A DNA stretch of 64,000 bases, taken from the NCBI RefSeq assembly GCF_028641065.1, contig NC_073399.1:20336001-20400000 (forward strand). Direction: 5' to 3'. The position numbers and the translations under genes are program-made. The notes under the pieces are model-generated. The model saw only the letters and a program-made list of their open reading frames with translations, had not been told where the DNA came from and did not search any database. The DNA is from Leucoraja erinacea. Taxonomy: Eukaryota. Positions 50,241-64,000 of the stretch are shown here, in pieces (within the stretch, counting starts at the first letter, position 1; each line of letters begins with the position of its first letter).

Positions 50241-51513
50241 ATACTTACATCAGGAACGTTCACATAAATAAACGGGGCATAATATGGATAGTGCAAAAAT
50301 GCTGCAGACCCTTGGGATTGTTCTGGAGTACGAGTCGAGATTTATTTTTGTTTAAGACTGGATTGGGACTTTCAACCTACAATCTACTAACAGAGGTGAT
50401 TAAGTACCTTAAATTTGCAGCATCATCCTTGGCACTCTGAGGTTTAAGGCAGCAATCAGCAGTGCTCAGCATTTAGCCCCGACTCATGCCAAAGGAGTTG
50501 CTCAGAGGAATGATAGCAATTGATCGTTCAGAATCTTTCCCCCAACACCAATTTGGGAAATTGAAGGAATGTTTGGGTGGGGGTGTAGTGGGATCAATTG
50601 TTCCAGCTCAAGTTTACCTGAACGCGCCACCACACGCTTCCCTATTGTCAAAAAGTGTCAGTATTTGCAGTGCTAATTGGTATATTTTGAGCTTGTGGAG
50701 CAAGCACCGTGGAACCAGTCCCCTCCACTCTGCTTTAGCAGAGTGATAGTAAGTGTTCGGCACGGACTAGAAGGGCCAAGATGGCCTGTTTCCGTGCTGT
50801 AATTGTTATATGGTTATATATGATGACAACGAAAAGATAATTCAAGTTATGGTTGGACAAGCATAATAATGGAGGAGAGTTAAACACAGATTACATAACA
50901 GAAGATCAGAGGAGGGCCAAAGCCAGCATGGACTAGTTGGGACAAAAGCCTGCTTCTGTGCTGTATATATGAGCTAAAGCATTTAAAATATATATTTACT
51001 CACTAATTTCGGGCTTGGTTTCAAAATTGAACAGGTCCAGCAAAGTCTGCTTTCACCAGAATATTGTAGTAAAATAGATCAGCTACTGGGTGAGAGGAGC
51101 AACAAACAACTGGAATGGAAAACATCTGCAGGATGATTCTGACAACAGAATATCTTGAGCAATTCAGTTGGACAGACCCTTTCATTGTTAACAATCAAGT
51201 TGCAGAACTGGTGGGAGTGGGACTCCAGCAGCACAAACTAGCAAAACAGCCAGTTGGCATCAGTTCAATATGTGATGCATTCTTTCTGCTTCTCAAATTC
51301 TCTTTGTATTCTTGGGTTCAGACCCACCATTACTCAATGCTAAAAGCATCAAGCCCCTGTGCAATGGATCAGGAGCAGACTCGCACTAAGCTCACTCCTG
51401 CATTGCTACATTTGTCAGCATCCAGCCACAGACACAAAATGAAGAGTGTCAAAGGCCCAGTCTTCACAGCTGCCTGCCTTCTCATTGATAACCATGTGCA
51501 GTATCTTGCTCAT

Positions 51514-51846
51514 GGGCCTGTCCCACTGTACAAGGTAATTCAAGAGTTCTCCCACGTTCTCCCCATATTCAAGCTTGTGTAATGTACGTAGTGGGTATGT
51601 AGGGGCTCGTACGAGTAAAAAGTAACCATTTTTTTCATCACGAGTATTTTCTTTGCTCGTGGACATTTTTCAGTATTGAAAAAACGTCACGAGTTTACTG
51701 GATTTCCCGAGTACCTACCGTTACTCGTACGAGCCGCTACGTGACATCCACAAACACCTACGTACCCGCTATGTACATTACCGGAGCTCGAATCAGGGGA
51801 GAACTCGGGAAAACTCTTGAATTACCTCGTACAGTGGGACAGGCCC
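51514..51846. mobile_element. PIF/Harbinger-like MITE (CDR2L intron 2)
   Basis: TIR GGGCCTGTCCCACTGTAC(A/G)AGGTAATTCAAGAGTT at both ends in inverted orientation, with internal palindromic CTCGTACGAG repeats. The superfamily call is inferred from the termini. Confidence 0.75.
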
Positions 51847-52772
51847 TTTAGCATGGGGGCTTCTTGCTAAACTGAAGATATCATTTGTACAAATAAATGA
51901 CAGGATGGAGGAAGTCTTGGCAAATCTCTTATTCCTCTCTATTGATGACCAATTTTCATGTCTATCAACAAGATGATTTCAATAGCTTATCCCCAGCGCA
52001 ACCATTGCCTCACCCTATGAGGAGATGGAGACTATAGATGCTACCAGATCAGCTAATCCTTTCTAGTATTCTGTTATTAATTGCAGATTTCCACTAGCTA
52101 CAGATCTTTTGATTTTCAAATAGAAGTGAATTGTGATTTGGAATCTGTTACCAAAAAGGCAGCAGTAAGTAAATGTTATGGTAAACCCAAGACCAATTGG
52201 ATATGGAGCCAAAAGGGAAGACAATGCTGTAGTTGGGACATGAGACTAGTTAGACAGCTCTTTCAGAGATCTAGAATGGACACAATGAGCAGAATGGCCT
52301 GCTGAGCTGTAAAGTTGTATGGTTGCTCTTTGTGCAAAGCCTTTACTGGAAGAATTTGCGTTACTCGTGGATTCTCCTCATTCACTGTTGATAACTCCAT
52401 GAAAGAGAAGATAAAGTTGCCAGCCCTCCAGAACATCTGCAGATGTTTGATTAATTTCCTGTACACAGGGAAACTCAGCCTCATCCCACAAAAGCTATCC
52501 AGCTCGACACAGTTAGGGGTTCTGGCTGACGCATCCATCTTCATCCCTCCATCCAAACACTACCTTCTATCCAATTCAGGGGTACCGAGACAATGCAGGT
52601 AATTACCAGCAGGGTCCAATTAGGCTCATTATAACCATATAACAATTACAGCACGGAAACAGGCCATCTCGGCCCTACAAGTCCGTGCCGAACAATTTCT
52701 TTTTCCCCTTAGTCCCACCTGCCTGCCTGATAGTGTCCCATCTCCATACAGACAAGAAACAGAGACTCCCTA

Positions 52773-52979
<207 letters not shown>

Positions 52980-54419
52980 TCAATGCGTCCCAAGGTACCT
53001 TACTGCAGCACTGCATTCACTGCTTGAGGCAGGGAACAGGTGCGCACAGTAAAACACTGCGGACAGATCAGCAACTATGGGGAGGTGCAGCCAGATGGAA
53101 TACTGCGTTGAATAAACTCTCTCAAGAACAATTCAGGATGGACAAGAGTCCAGGCTTTGCCAACAAAATCTACATCCCAACATGAATAACACTGGGCAAG
53201 GCCAATGTTTGAGCCAAGTAACTCCAAAGTTGTAGCACTCCAACGCTGCAGCTCTCCAGTTTTTTGTACTTATCTTCGGTTTCAACCAGCATCTGCAGTT
53301 CCTTCCTCCACATTTCGTACTACTTATACCAAATACTGACATGACTGAAATCAGCATTCTCCTTTTGCTTACCTACCTTTAAACTTTCAGTGATATGGTC
53401 ACCATCTCCAAAATGTTTGTCCACTGACACTCCAACCACTTTCCTGATGTCATTCCCTACAATTAAGTCCAGTACGGCCCCCTCTTTAAAAATTCCACCT
53501 GAACCACACTAAAGCGAACCCAGTAAACATTGGGGAAGCTGAAATCCCCTAATGCTATAAACTTATTACTCTTACATCTCCCTGAAATTTATCTACAAAT
53601 CTGCTTCTCTTATCGTTAGAGAATGGGTAAGGTACAGCAAGGGCAGGTTGGTAGAAGCCTTTCCCTAGTGGGTGTTCAGTGCATGGCTCAACCCCTTCTA
53701 AGGTTCATTGAGCGAGCTGACAATGACCTGGAGAATGGCCTTACAAAGCTCCACGTAAGCAGCCCCATGACTGAAATTGGGGACACCTCAATACTGGAGA
53801 ATATTTTCTGGGGTGCATTTTCACCTCTATTACTCAATTCCAAACAGATTTTGTCCGCAGTGGTTCCAGGACATCTCCAGTAATTTTCTCTTCAGCCAAT
53901 GCTGACAATCTTCCATTTCTTTTGTGAAATCAGGCCTATTTAGAACTTGTTCCTGCCTATTTTTATCCAGGTCTGTAATATTGCAACATCATCAAAATCC
54001 CAACTGTTCTTACAGTTGAGTCACTGTTTAAAACACTTCTGTTCACACATATGCAGTGTAAATCTTAGACCTTCTTAGTATATTCCTGTTTAAACATATT
54101 TGTTCCCCTTTTGATGTTAGTTAACATAGAACTAGTGTGAATAGGTGATCTGACGTATGACATGGACAGTGGGCCAAACAGCCTGTTTCCATGCTGCATC
54201 TCTAAACTAACTTAGGTTGTGAGTTGAACAGACTGCATTGATATTGGTAGGGAAAGGAATGAGATCCGTGTGGTCAATTTGAAATAATTGGAAAAGAGTT
54301 TAAGAAGTGGGACCTCAGACACAATCCTCACCAGATTATTCTGAGCCACATGCTAGTGAGTACGGAAGGCACCTGACAAATGTGTGGAAGGAGAGATGGT
54401 GCCAGTGGAAGAGCTGTAA

Positions 54420-54875
54420 AATGCTGGGGTGCAGTACTAGTTCTGTCAAGCCATATTGGTGGAAGTTGCTCTATCACACTGGTGGGGACAATTCTTTCAC
54501 GATGGCACCAGCGTACAGTACTGGTACGGAGCGGTACTGGTATGGGAGTGCGGATGAATTTGTCACTCTAGGATATTGGGCCTCAGTACTCGTGTACTCA
54601 GTACGTCTTTGCATAACACTAATATACAGTAGTAATCGGGGCTGCCACTGTATATCATGAGCAGGGTAATTAATGGTGATGGATCCATAACTGTGTAACA
54701 CTGGGGTAGAGTACTGGTCAAGAGAAGCCTATAATCCACTGCAGCAATGTCAAACACACTGGTGATACAGATCTGTCCACACCAGTACTGTACCCCAGTA
54801 TTGTACAGTGACAAACCATCCCCAACCAGTATTGCAACCAATTGTTAAACATGACAGACCCATCCCCACCTGCAC
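54420..54875. repeat. Diverged ~44-bp minisatellite in two opposite orientations
   Basis: Forward units like ..TAACACTGGGGTAGAGTACTGG.. (54420-54720) face reverse units CCAGTACTGTACCCCAGTATTGTACAGTGACA (54770-54875). Confidence 0.55.
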
Positions 54876-54959
54876 ATAACCTGTTCCCGGGTGCTATATG
54901 GCTACCAGCAAACCTCAGTGTTTTACTTTGATGGACCCATGCCCACGATTTCTGGGACT

Positions 54960-55820
54960 GTGGCATGCTGGGAAGAAATTTCAGGGTCCGTGGCAGAGAT
55001 ACTCATATCATGGAAAATCATGGTTGAAGTGTTGGAAGACTGGAAGGTGGCAAATGTTGTGTTTCTATTTATGAAAGTCTGTAAGGATAAACGGGAACTA
55101 CAGGTAAGCCTAGTAGTAGTTGTGTTATTGAAGACATTTCTGGGGCACAAGATTTATGCTTTGGCAAGGAGTGATCAGGGAGAATCAGCATGGCTTTGTG
55201 CATACGAGATAGTTATGAATTTGACTGTGGTTTCTTTTTTTTTTAATTTAAGATTGATGAGAGCAGTGCGGTAGACATTATCTACATGGACAAGGCCTTA
55301 GACAAGTAGTCTGGTTTGGAAGGTTAGATCATGTGGGATCCTTGCAAGCTAGCCAATTGGATGCAAAATTGGCTGGAAACTTGGATCAGAGAGTAGGGGA
55401 TTATTTTTCAGCCTGTAATAAATGGTAGCAGATGGTGTTCAGATAATGTGATGTGTTGCTTTTTCAGTAGGACAACCCAGGGCAGAACTTTCACAGTAAA
55501 TGATAGGGTCCTGGGGTGTGTTGTGGAACAGAGATCAAGGTTCATAGTTCCATGAAAATTGTGGCACAGGTAGTGAATAAAGCACTAAGCCTTTATCAAT
55601 TAGTGGATTGAGTATAGGAGTTGGAATATCATGTTACAGCGATACAAGATATTGGTAAGGCCATAGTTGGAATACGATGCACAGACCAGGTCGCCCTGCA
55701 ACTTGAAGGATGTCATTAAGCCTGAAAGGGTGCAAAAAAGATTTATGAGAATATAATCGGGTCTAGATTATTTGAGGTTTAAGTAGAGGATTGATAGACT
55801 GGGACTGTCTTCCAGGAAGA
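54960..55820 (+). mobile_element. CR1-type LINE remnant (representative)
   Basis: EDWKVANVVFLF, NQHGFV, LVRP.LEY and KPERVQKRF-like motifs. Other CR1 fragments at ~400-620, 920-1140, 18660-19140, 24400-25140, 34870-35290, 47080-47660, 49375-49680, 58060-58450, 60700-61220 and 62440-63380. Confidence 0.75.
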
Positions 55821-57164
55821 TGTGTCGGGTAATGGGATGACATTGCAGCCGTCGGAAATGTTGGGAGAATCATGTACCGGATGCGAATGCAGGTGGGATG
55901 AAAGGTGAGGACCAAGGAAAGTCTGTCCTTGTTCTATCTGAAGAGAGGCGGGGCGATAGTAGATGTGCGGGAAATGGCGGAGATGCGATTGAGGCCTCCA
56001 TCGACCATAGTGTTGGGGGGGGGGGGGGGGGGGGGAGCCCGTTTCCTGAAGGAGGACATTTCTGAAACCCTGGAATGGGAAAACTGACCTGCAGAACAGA
56101 TACAGCAGAGGTGGAGGAACTGAGAGAAAATGCTAGCATCCTCACAGGGCCATCGCTAGTACGTAGTTTACTGTCATCGAGTTATTTTATTATCCGTTAT
56201 GTGTGACAGGATTTGAACGGCATGCAGAGACGCCGGCCTCAGTTTTGCATAAATACTACACGAAAATCCTTTGCCTTTTCTTTGTACACATCATGTGACT
56301 TTTGGAAAAGCGGATTGTATGTTAAGAAGCGCTGGGCGGATTTGTACACATGAATAACTGGATTATGAAGGTCAAGTGTGTTCTACTTGAAAAGTGTCGG
56401 CGAGTGTGACATCGCCAGGTCCCGTTTGATCCCTGTAGCTTGAGTGAGCGTTTGAGCAGAACCCAGCACAAATAAAGCATTAGGAGTAGCGGTCAAATGG
56501 ACCTCTCCACACAATATCACCGAAACTAAATTCTGGGGAGTGTTTAAACCGCTTCATGCTCAAGAACGTTAACAATAATCCACTCACTACAACCCGTCGC
56601 TTTACAAGCACAATGAGTGAAACAAGCCTTAACCTACAATCCGCATTTTACTGCCCGTCGCAACATCCTCCGGTCCAAACTGACCCGTTCCCTTTACGGT
56701 GTCCCTTGTCGCCAGAGAGCCGACCGGTGTGAATGCGGCAGATCCTCTCCCGCCGCCTCTTAAAACGGCTTGCCGGGTCTCCTCGCCGGACTCCTTCCCT
56801 CCTCCCTCTACCACTGCCTCACCGCACCTCAGAGTTCCTCTCCCCACATTGTCCTCCATGGGGAACAAAAGCAGATCATGGTCCTCTCCCTCGCCTCCAT
56901 TCCTTTTGTCCCTTCCTCGCCTCCCTTTATTCAACTTCCCATCCCGTCGTCACAGCCTCTCCCGTCTCTCCAACACGCATACTAGTTACTGGACCCGGGT
57001 CTCGGCATAAATCACTCCTGCCCCCTTTCACCTCATCTTCAAACCTTGCCCACTCCCTCTTTTCCATTCTCTCCTCTCCCCTCGCCCCAGCCACCCCCAA
57101 TGTTCACACTCCCCCCCCCCACCCCAGCCCCGTCACCCCCAACGTTCACACTGTCCCCCCCCAC

Positions 57165-57237
57165 CTTGCTGCAGGTCCTGTTGGTCATACCACGGCTCGT
57201 CATCTTCTGTCTCGTAGTCCTCCATGCTGCGCTTCAT
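57165..57237 (-). CDS. CDR2L: CDR2L (cerebellar degeneration-related protein 2-like) coding exon 1
   Basis: MKRSMEDYETEDDEPWYDQQDLQQ+G|gtgg matches the CDR2L N-terminus 'MEDF..EEE.WYDQQDLEQD'. It lies in a CpG-rich region. Confidence 0.92.
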
Positions 57238-57500
57238 CGGGCGGCCCGAAGCCGGCGGCGGCCCGCTGTGGTGTGGTGTGCCGGCCGGGTGCCGAGCGCT
57301 GTCTGCCTCCGACGTGGCGGGCGCTATCAGCGCGGGATGACCCGGGCCGGCACGGCTCGGTCTGGCTGCAGCTTCGCTTAACCCTTCAGCGGCCACACCC
57401 CGCCTCCCAGCTCCTCCAGTGACAGCAGCGAGGGGCTCCTGCCCATCAACCGCACTTGCAAAGACTGCTTCCTATCGGCGGAACTCAGGGCCGGATGTTT
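57238..57500 (-). promoter_or_regulatory. CDR2L CpG island / 5'UTR and promoter
   Basis: High GC and CpG density immediately upstream of the CDR2L ATG, including a GC-box-like CCCCGCCTCC. Confidence 0.55.
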
Positions 57501-60500
57501 ATCGGATTATCCAAAATGGAAGGAGCCAGGGATGTGGCATATTTGTGTAGTGAAATCATTCAACCTGCTTGTGAAAACCTCAGATTCACAAGTCCCGTTG
57601 GGCTATGCAATTTGTTCAATAAATAGTCTGAAGGGTCCAGACAAGAAACATCACCTAAGGGTCCAGACCAGAAACATCACCTATACATTTTCTCCATAGC
57701 CTGGAGATAGACATAAAAAGCTGGAGTAACTCAGCGGGACAGGCAGCATCTCTGGAGAGAAGGAATGGGTGACGTTTCAGGTCGAGACCCTGTCCCGCTG
57801 AGCTATTCCAGCATTTTGTGCCTTCGTTTTGTAAACCAGCGTCTGTTATTCCTTATGTCTCCACTTTACCGACTACAATCGGTGCGCAGTTAATAAGTGA
57901 AAACAGGCCTCACGACAGAGGCCTGTAAGATGATGTCGTCGTTTCTGGAGACTCCCCAGAACCAGCAACAGAAAAAGAATGAATATTCACTTCGTTCACA
58001 ACCCGAAACATCCCGATGTTCAAACCCGATGACATTCGTCAAACATCAACAAATTTGCATCACAGACCTGATTGAGTTTTGTGATTAATGACGATAGGAG
58101 AGTGGGTGTTGTACAAGTGGACTTTAGTAAAGCTTTCCACAAGGTCCCTCATGGTAGGTTGAACCAGAAGATTAAGGCACATGGGGTCCACACAACACAC
58201 AGGTCTCCCCACCAATTTTCCAGCAATTGGTGGTCCGCCCTCCTTTAATCCTGACAAAATGGATAATCCAGAAAGGATCTGGAACCCAGAATGCTGGAAA
58301 ATCAGTGGTGGACCTGTACATAATTTGCCCAAAATTCTGAGTGGTCTGACTAGTAAGTTTGCAGGCAATACAAACATGAATAGAGAGAAGGGTCGTCAAA
58401 GGATAGAGGAGAGTATAGATCTGTTGAACCATTTTGGTGGGAAATAGTAATCAGGGAAGCAATTAGCAAAATAGGGAAATTTATTTTGAGGAGAGAAACT
58501 GGCAGGACCCTTCAGAGAATTGTTGTACAGAGAGATTGTGACCTCATAGCAACTGTGGCCTCATTCTGTTAGAAATATTCCATCTGTCCTATCCATCCCT
58601 GCCCACCCGCTCTGCAGCTTCCAACTAACCTGTTTTCTCTCTTTTCCAGTTCTCTGGGCGGATCTCCAACCCGAATTGTTAACCCTGTCCTCTCTCTGCA
58701 TATGCTGCCTAACCTACTGAGTGTTTTCAACATTTTCAGATTTAATTTTTTGATCAAAGTAGTCTTGCCACGTCCAGCCAGAAGTAGCTATTAGATTATT
58801 AAGTGGATATCCGAGGAGGGGCTCCAAGAACGTGCCTCTCTGTAAACATGCACATGGCAGAAACATTCAGCAAAATACAATCGGGTGTGCTGGAGAAACA
58901 CAGTGGATCTGTCTGTGGAGGGAATGGATAGATGATTCACCACCAAGGTCAACAAGAAGTAGCAAGTAATGATTCATCCTGACTCCACCTGATGCCCACA
59001 CCATCACGGCAGACAGTCTCCCGCCAATTCAATTCACTCCAAGCGAAATCAGTGAACAGCTGAGAGCACTGGATACAGTAAAGGCTACAGGACCAGACAA
59101 CGATATTGGTTTAATATTGTCACATGTACTGAGGTACAGTGAAAAGCTTTTGTTTGTGTGCTATCCAATTAAATCAGATCATACCATACATGTGTACAAT
59201 CAAGCCATACACTGGTACAATGGGTAGTACAAAGATAAAAATACCAGAGTACAGAATATAGTTTACAGTAGTGCAGTGTCGCAGTTCCAGAGGAAAAAGT
59301 CCAATGTCTGCAGTGAGGTAGGTTAGAAGATCAGGACTTCACCCTTGCTTATGGGAGGACTGGTCAATAGTTCGATAACAGAAAAAAAAACCTCCCAGCA
59401 GGTCCAGAATAAACTAAGACATCAAATAAATTAATATCTAATAAAAACAATATTGGAGAAATTAATAGATCTGAATGCTGATAAATCCGAAAGCCATTCA
59501 GAACCGAAATAAGGAGACACTTGCTCATCCAGAATAGCTGGAGAAGGCTACCTGGCCAATCAAGCTGCTCTCTGCCTGGCCTCAAGCCCTCCTCTGTGCC
59601 AAATCCCCAGAGCTCACAATCCCCCAATCATTCAAAAATTGATCTGCCTCCACATTACATACTTCGAATGATCCAGCCTTCACAACTCTCTGTGACAGAG
59701 AATTCCAGAACTACTTTCTGCAAGAAGAGAGTATCTAAGTTTTAGGGTGAGGGTGGTGCAGTGGGGTTGTGTTGCTGCCTCACTGCATCAGAAACCCGTG
59801 TTCGACCGTAACCTCTGGTGCTGTCTGTGTGGAGTTTGTACGTTCTGCCTGTGACCATGTTGGCTTCCATCAAGTATTCCGGTTTCCCAAATCCCACATC
59901 CCATGCTAGTTAGTGGCTATAAATTGTTTACAGTGTGGAGTGTGTGGTGCGGTCTGGGGGGGGCAGACGGCTGTAGTATGGGGAGAATAAAGAATGGTAT
60001 TAACATAGAATACACAGAGTACCTCAGCAGGTCAGGTAGCATTTGAGGAGAACTGTTGTCCGCCATGCACCGGCAGGCCCTCGCTCTGTATGTATCGCAG
60101 CTCCGGGCCTCACTCACCCAGACCTGCAAAGGACCTCAACTTTACTTTTCATGCTTCATTAAACGCTTCCTCTCTTACCTGACCAATCGAGGATTGGTGC
60201 ATATGGGTGAATTTATAATCGGCATAGATATGATGCACTAAAGGTGATTCTGTTTTGTTTCTATCACTCTCTGACTAAATGAACAGTCCCTTATTTTGAA
60301 ACTGTCTCCTCATTTGCGATTCACCCACTCGTTTCCAGTCAGGAGCAGTGGAAGTAAAACCTACATTTTCAGGAGCAGGGCTGGAAGCTCATTAGCCAAA
60401 TAAAGGAAAGCAATTGAGAACAGAGTGTTTTTTTAAGGGGGTAGCTTCGGCTTGTGAGGTTATTGCGAGGAAGTTGAGCAGAGGTATAGGTTAGCACCTA

Positions 60501-63500
60501 TACATCCCTTTAATGGTGGGGAGGTAAGTACCTGTGATGGTCTGGGCTGTGTTACCACTCTGTAATCTCTTTCATTCCTGGGTATTCGAGTTGCCAAACC
60601 AGGCTGTGATGTAATCAGTCCTCATGCTCTCTAACATACACCATAGAAGTTCAATAGCGTATTTGTCAACATACCAAATCACAGGCGTCACAGATAGACA
60701 GAGTGGAGAATAAGTCTTTTGGTACACTGGTCCTCAGCAGTACGTTTTGCTGCAATTGTACAAGATGTTGGTGAGGTTGCACTTGGAGTAGTGTGTACCA
60801 CTTTGGTTACCCTGCTGAAGGAAAAACATCATTAAGCTGGAAAGTGTAGAGATAAGTTTTATGAGTATGTTGCCAGGATCCAAGGGCCCGAACTATAGGG
60901 AAAGGTTGGTCAGGCTGGGACTTTGTTCCTTGGAGTAATGAAGATGGGGTGTGGGTGGGGGGTGATCTTAAAGAGGTGCAGAAAATTATGAGTGGAATAG
61001 ATAGTGTGTGAATGCATTTTTGGAGTGAAGTGGAATCACAGACTAAAGGGCATGGATTTAAGGTGATAGGGTAAAAGATAAAAGGGAGCAGCAGGGCGAA
61101 TTCAACATAAATGGGAATAGTTGACAGAGATATGAGTAAATCACAGGCAAATGTGCAACATAGATGGGCATCTAAATCAGCATGGATCGGTTGAGCTGCA
61201 GGGTCTTTTTCTGCGCTTAAGGCAAGTTTCCTCGTGAAAACATCTTGACTACTACGTTAAGCCCCCTTATGATCTTACATGATTCAATAACAATGCCTCT
61301 CAATATTTTAAACTCCAGGATTACTCAACCTATTGTATTTAGCTTCTCTTGATAAGGCAATACTCTTGTTCCAGGAATGAACCCTGCGATATCCTTTATT
61401 AGGTAATGATACTTAGACTGGAGGTGTGGCTACACTATCAATTGATGCTGGATCTTCGGAATTTTCTATCTGAAGGTTATGGAGGCTTATTGCTGAATAG
61501 AATCAAGACAGAGGGATATTGAGGTAGTCAAAGGACTTCGGGTTGGTGCAGGAAGTTGGCACAGAGGAAAAAAATAACTATGAACTTGCTGCATGGTGGA
61601 GCAGACATGCGGGACTGAATGCCCTTGTCCTGCTTCTAGTTCTTATGTTCTTATCTTCATTGTTGAGCAGTTGCAGCCTGAGCTTCACCCTGCACGATGC
61701 TGTCCAACTGCACACAAATGACTACATAGTTTTGGAAAGGAGAGAGAAAGAAAAAGTAAAAAACTAGTGACATGTCATCTAATGTCAGTTCTAGGGCAAA
61801 TACTGGAAATTAAATAAAAGGATACAATAACAGTACACCTGGAAAAGATAGTCACATGGAGTATAAATGCATAGAAACAAGCCATTTGGCCCACCACCAC
61901 TGCACTGACCATCAGGTCTTATCTATTCTGATCCCATTGATCAGCCACTTAATCCCATTTTTTTGTTCTCCTTACCTACCCATCAACTCCACCAGATTCT
62001 ACAAGACCCAATATACAAGGAACAATTGATGAGAGTCCAGTTAACTATCAACCCAGATGTGGGATCAAACTGGAGCACCGATAGGAAACCCGTATGGTCA
62101 CAGGTTAAACGTGCAAACTCCTCATATATAGCACCTGAAGTCAGGAACCTGGATCACTGAAGCTGTGCTGCCCTTTTATTTTTAATCTTCATTGGGTAAA
62201 GACAATGTTGAACAGGATCCGCTTGCAGTGAAGTTCAGCAAAACAAACTGTTTTTGTTTTCCCCAGTGTGGAAGAGATTGAAATGTAAGCTGTAAATGCA
62301 AGATTCCAAGTTGAAATAAATAGAAATTATCTTTCAGGAGTGTTTAGGAAACACCTTAACTTGTGATATTGATTTGGGTTTTTTTTCTGGGGAACTGTCC
62401 AATAAGGAGTTAGTGAGCAGATTAAGCCTCGGGTCCCTTGAGCTGTTGAGAAATGAGAGGACATCTCATTGAAAACTATAAGACTCTCGTGAGGCTTTAT
62501 TGGGCTGATGTGGAAAATATGTTTCCCTGGCTGGGTTGTCCAGTACCATGTATCACTGACTCAAAGTAAGGGGCCAGATATTTAGGATTAATATGCAAAG
62601 AGATTTGGCAAAGAGGAAGGCAATGAATCTTTGGAATCATCCAAAGAAGATGAGGAACTAAGTCACTGTACATGTTCAAGACAGATATTGATAGATCTTT
62701 GGGGAATCAAGGGATCCTGGTTCAGTGCAGGGAAATTATGCTCCTTTGCCAGGCCATTACTGCTTTTGACTTTTTGATTTAATTTTAGAGAGACAGTATG
62801 GAAGCAGGTCCTTCGGCCTGTCGATCTGTGTCAAATAATGATCACCCATACTGTAGTTCTATTTTATCCAGGTTTTGGATCCTACATACTGGGGACAATT
62901 TACAGAAACCTACAAACTTACATATCTTTGGAATGCGGGAGGAAACCGGAGCGCCGAAGGCGGTGCAAACTCGACACAGGCAGTACCCTAGGCTAAAGAT
63001 GAGAGGGAGGGAAGAGATTTAAGAGGGATCTCAGGAGCAACCTTTTCATTCAGAATGCAGTTCGCATCTGGAATGAGTTGCCAGAGGAAGTTATAGAGGC
63101 GGATACAATTACGGCTTTCAAAAGACATTTGGATAGAAATATGTTCAAGAAGGAACAGCAGATGCTGGAAAATCGAAGGAAGACAAAAGTGCTGGAGAAA
63201 CTCAGCGGGTACGGCAGCATCTATGGAGCGAAGGAAATAGGCAACGTTTCGGGCCGAAACCCTTTTTCAGACTGAAATAGAACAGGAAGGGTTTAGAGGA
63301 ATATGAACTAAATGCGGGCAATGAGTCGAGGCCAGAATGTCATTTTTGTCAGCATGGACAAGGTGGGCCAAAGGGCACGTCCTTAGTCCATCCAAAACAA
63401 AAACCGTCAGGGTAATTGGGGGGGAGAGGAGTTGGAGGGGGGTACTAGTCAGGCACTGTTGGACACGCCGATGTTGGTTTGCACAAAACGCTGAATGACT

Positions 63501-63611
63501 CACCGAGTCAGGCAGCATGACCAGGTGATGTTTCGAGTCGGGATCCTTCTTCAGACCGTGGGAAGATCCGCAATGGTCCGTGAGGTTGGAAGGCGGTTGT
63601 CGCCCCTCCTT

Positions 63612-63900
63612 GGGCGGGCGGTGGACGGGACCGGGCTCGCGCTGGGCGGGGAAGTGGGCGGGACCGGGCTCGCGCTGGGCGGGGAAGTGGGCGGGACCGG
63701 GCTCGCGTTGGGCGGGGCAGTGGGCGGGACCGGGCTCGCGTTGGGCGGGGCAGTGGGCGGGACCGGGCTCGCGCTGGGCGGGGAAGTGGGCGGGACCGAT
63801 TTCGTGATGGACGAGGCGACAGTATAATGGGCGTGGTCCAACCACCATAGTGGATGGGCGTGGTCATGCAGTGGGCGTGGCGGCCTCGGGGTGGGCGGGG
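63612..63900 (+). promoter_or_regulatory. HID1 GC-rich proximal promoter with 33-bp tandem repeat
   Basis: About 5.5 copies of GGGCGGGACCGGGCTCGCG(C/T)TGGGCGGGG(A/C)AGT at 63612-63797, followed by GGGCGTGG/GGGCGGGG boxes just upstream of the ATG. Confidence 0.7.
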
Positions 63901-63944
63901 CAGCGCTGTGTCAGTCAGTCGAGCGGCCGAGCGCTGGCGGAAGG

Positions 63945-64000
63945 ATGGGGAGCGCTGACTCCAAGCTGCACTTCAGGAAGGCGGTGATCCAACTCACCAC
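63945..64000 (+). CDS. HID1: HID1 coding exon 1 (runs off the window)
   Basis: aggATGG start reads MGSADSKLHFRKAVIQLT(T), nearly identical to the HID1 N-terminus MGSTDSKLNFRKAVIQLTT (Gly2 myristoylation motif). It is divergent from CDR2L, as in human. Confidence 0.92.
   Translation, partial: MGSADSKLHFRKAVIQLT

Noticed and set aside
63267-63867. ORFs with 11-aa repeats (PGPAHCPAQRE)n
   Set aside because: They are translations of the 33-bp promoter VNTR in several frames.

Overview
Vertebrate genomic DNA, most likely a cartilaginous fish such as a skate or ray (inferred from HE1/V-SINE-like SINEs with CR1/HER1-type tails and abundant Penelope remnants). Three host genes can be built exon by exon with canonical GT-AG junctions and consistent phases. 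MRPL58/ICT1 is on the minus strand (6 coding exons, 31769 to 21354, 195 aa, intact GGQ motif). CDR2L is on the minus strand (5 coding exons, 57237 to 37564, 456 aa). HID1 begins on the plus strand at ATG 63945 and runs off the window. The order and orientation match human 17q25.1. The first ~19 kb is a nest of decayed transposons: a Ty3/gypsy element interrupted in gag by a DIRS1-like tyrosine-recombinase retrotransposon (RT-RNaseH-methyltransferase-YR plus terminal inverted repeat), a 3'-truncated Helitron carrying tandem-repeat arrays, LINE remnants, and a second two-LTR gypsy element with a DNA-transposon insertion in gag. The most notable non-genic structures are a near-perfect 1.38-kb palindrome in MRPL58 intron 1, Penelope-linked hammerhead-ribozyme-like cores, a stem-loop shared by two dissimilar non-autonomous retroposons, a YY1-motif array at the MRPL58 promoter and a GC-box VNTR at the HID1 promoter. 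I found no convincing new protein-coding system; the best candidates for novelty are RNA/DNA structural elements. All assignments rest on motif recognition by eye, without database searches.
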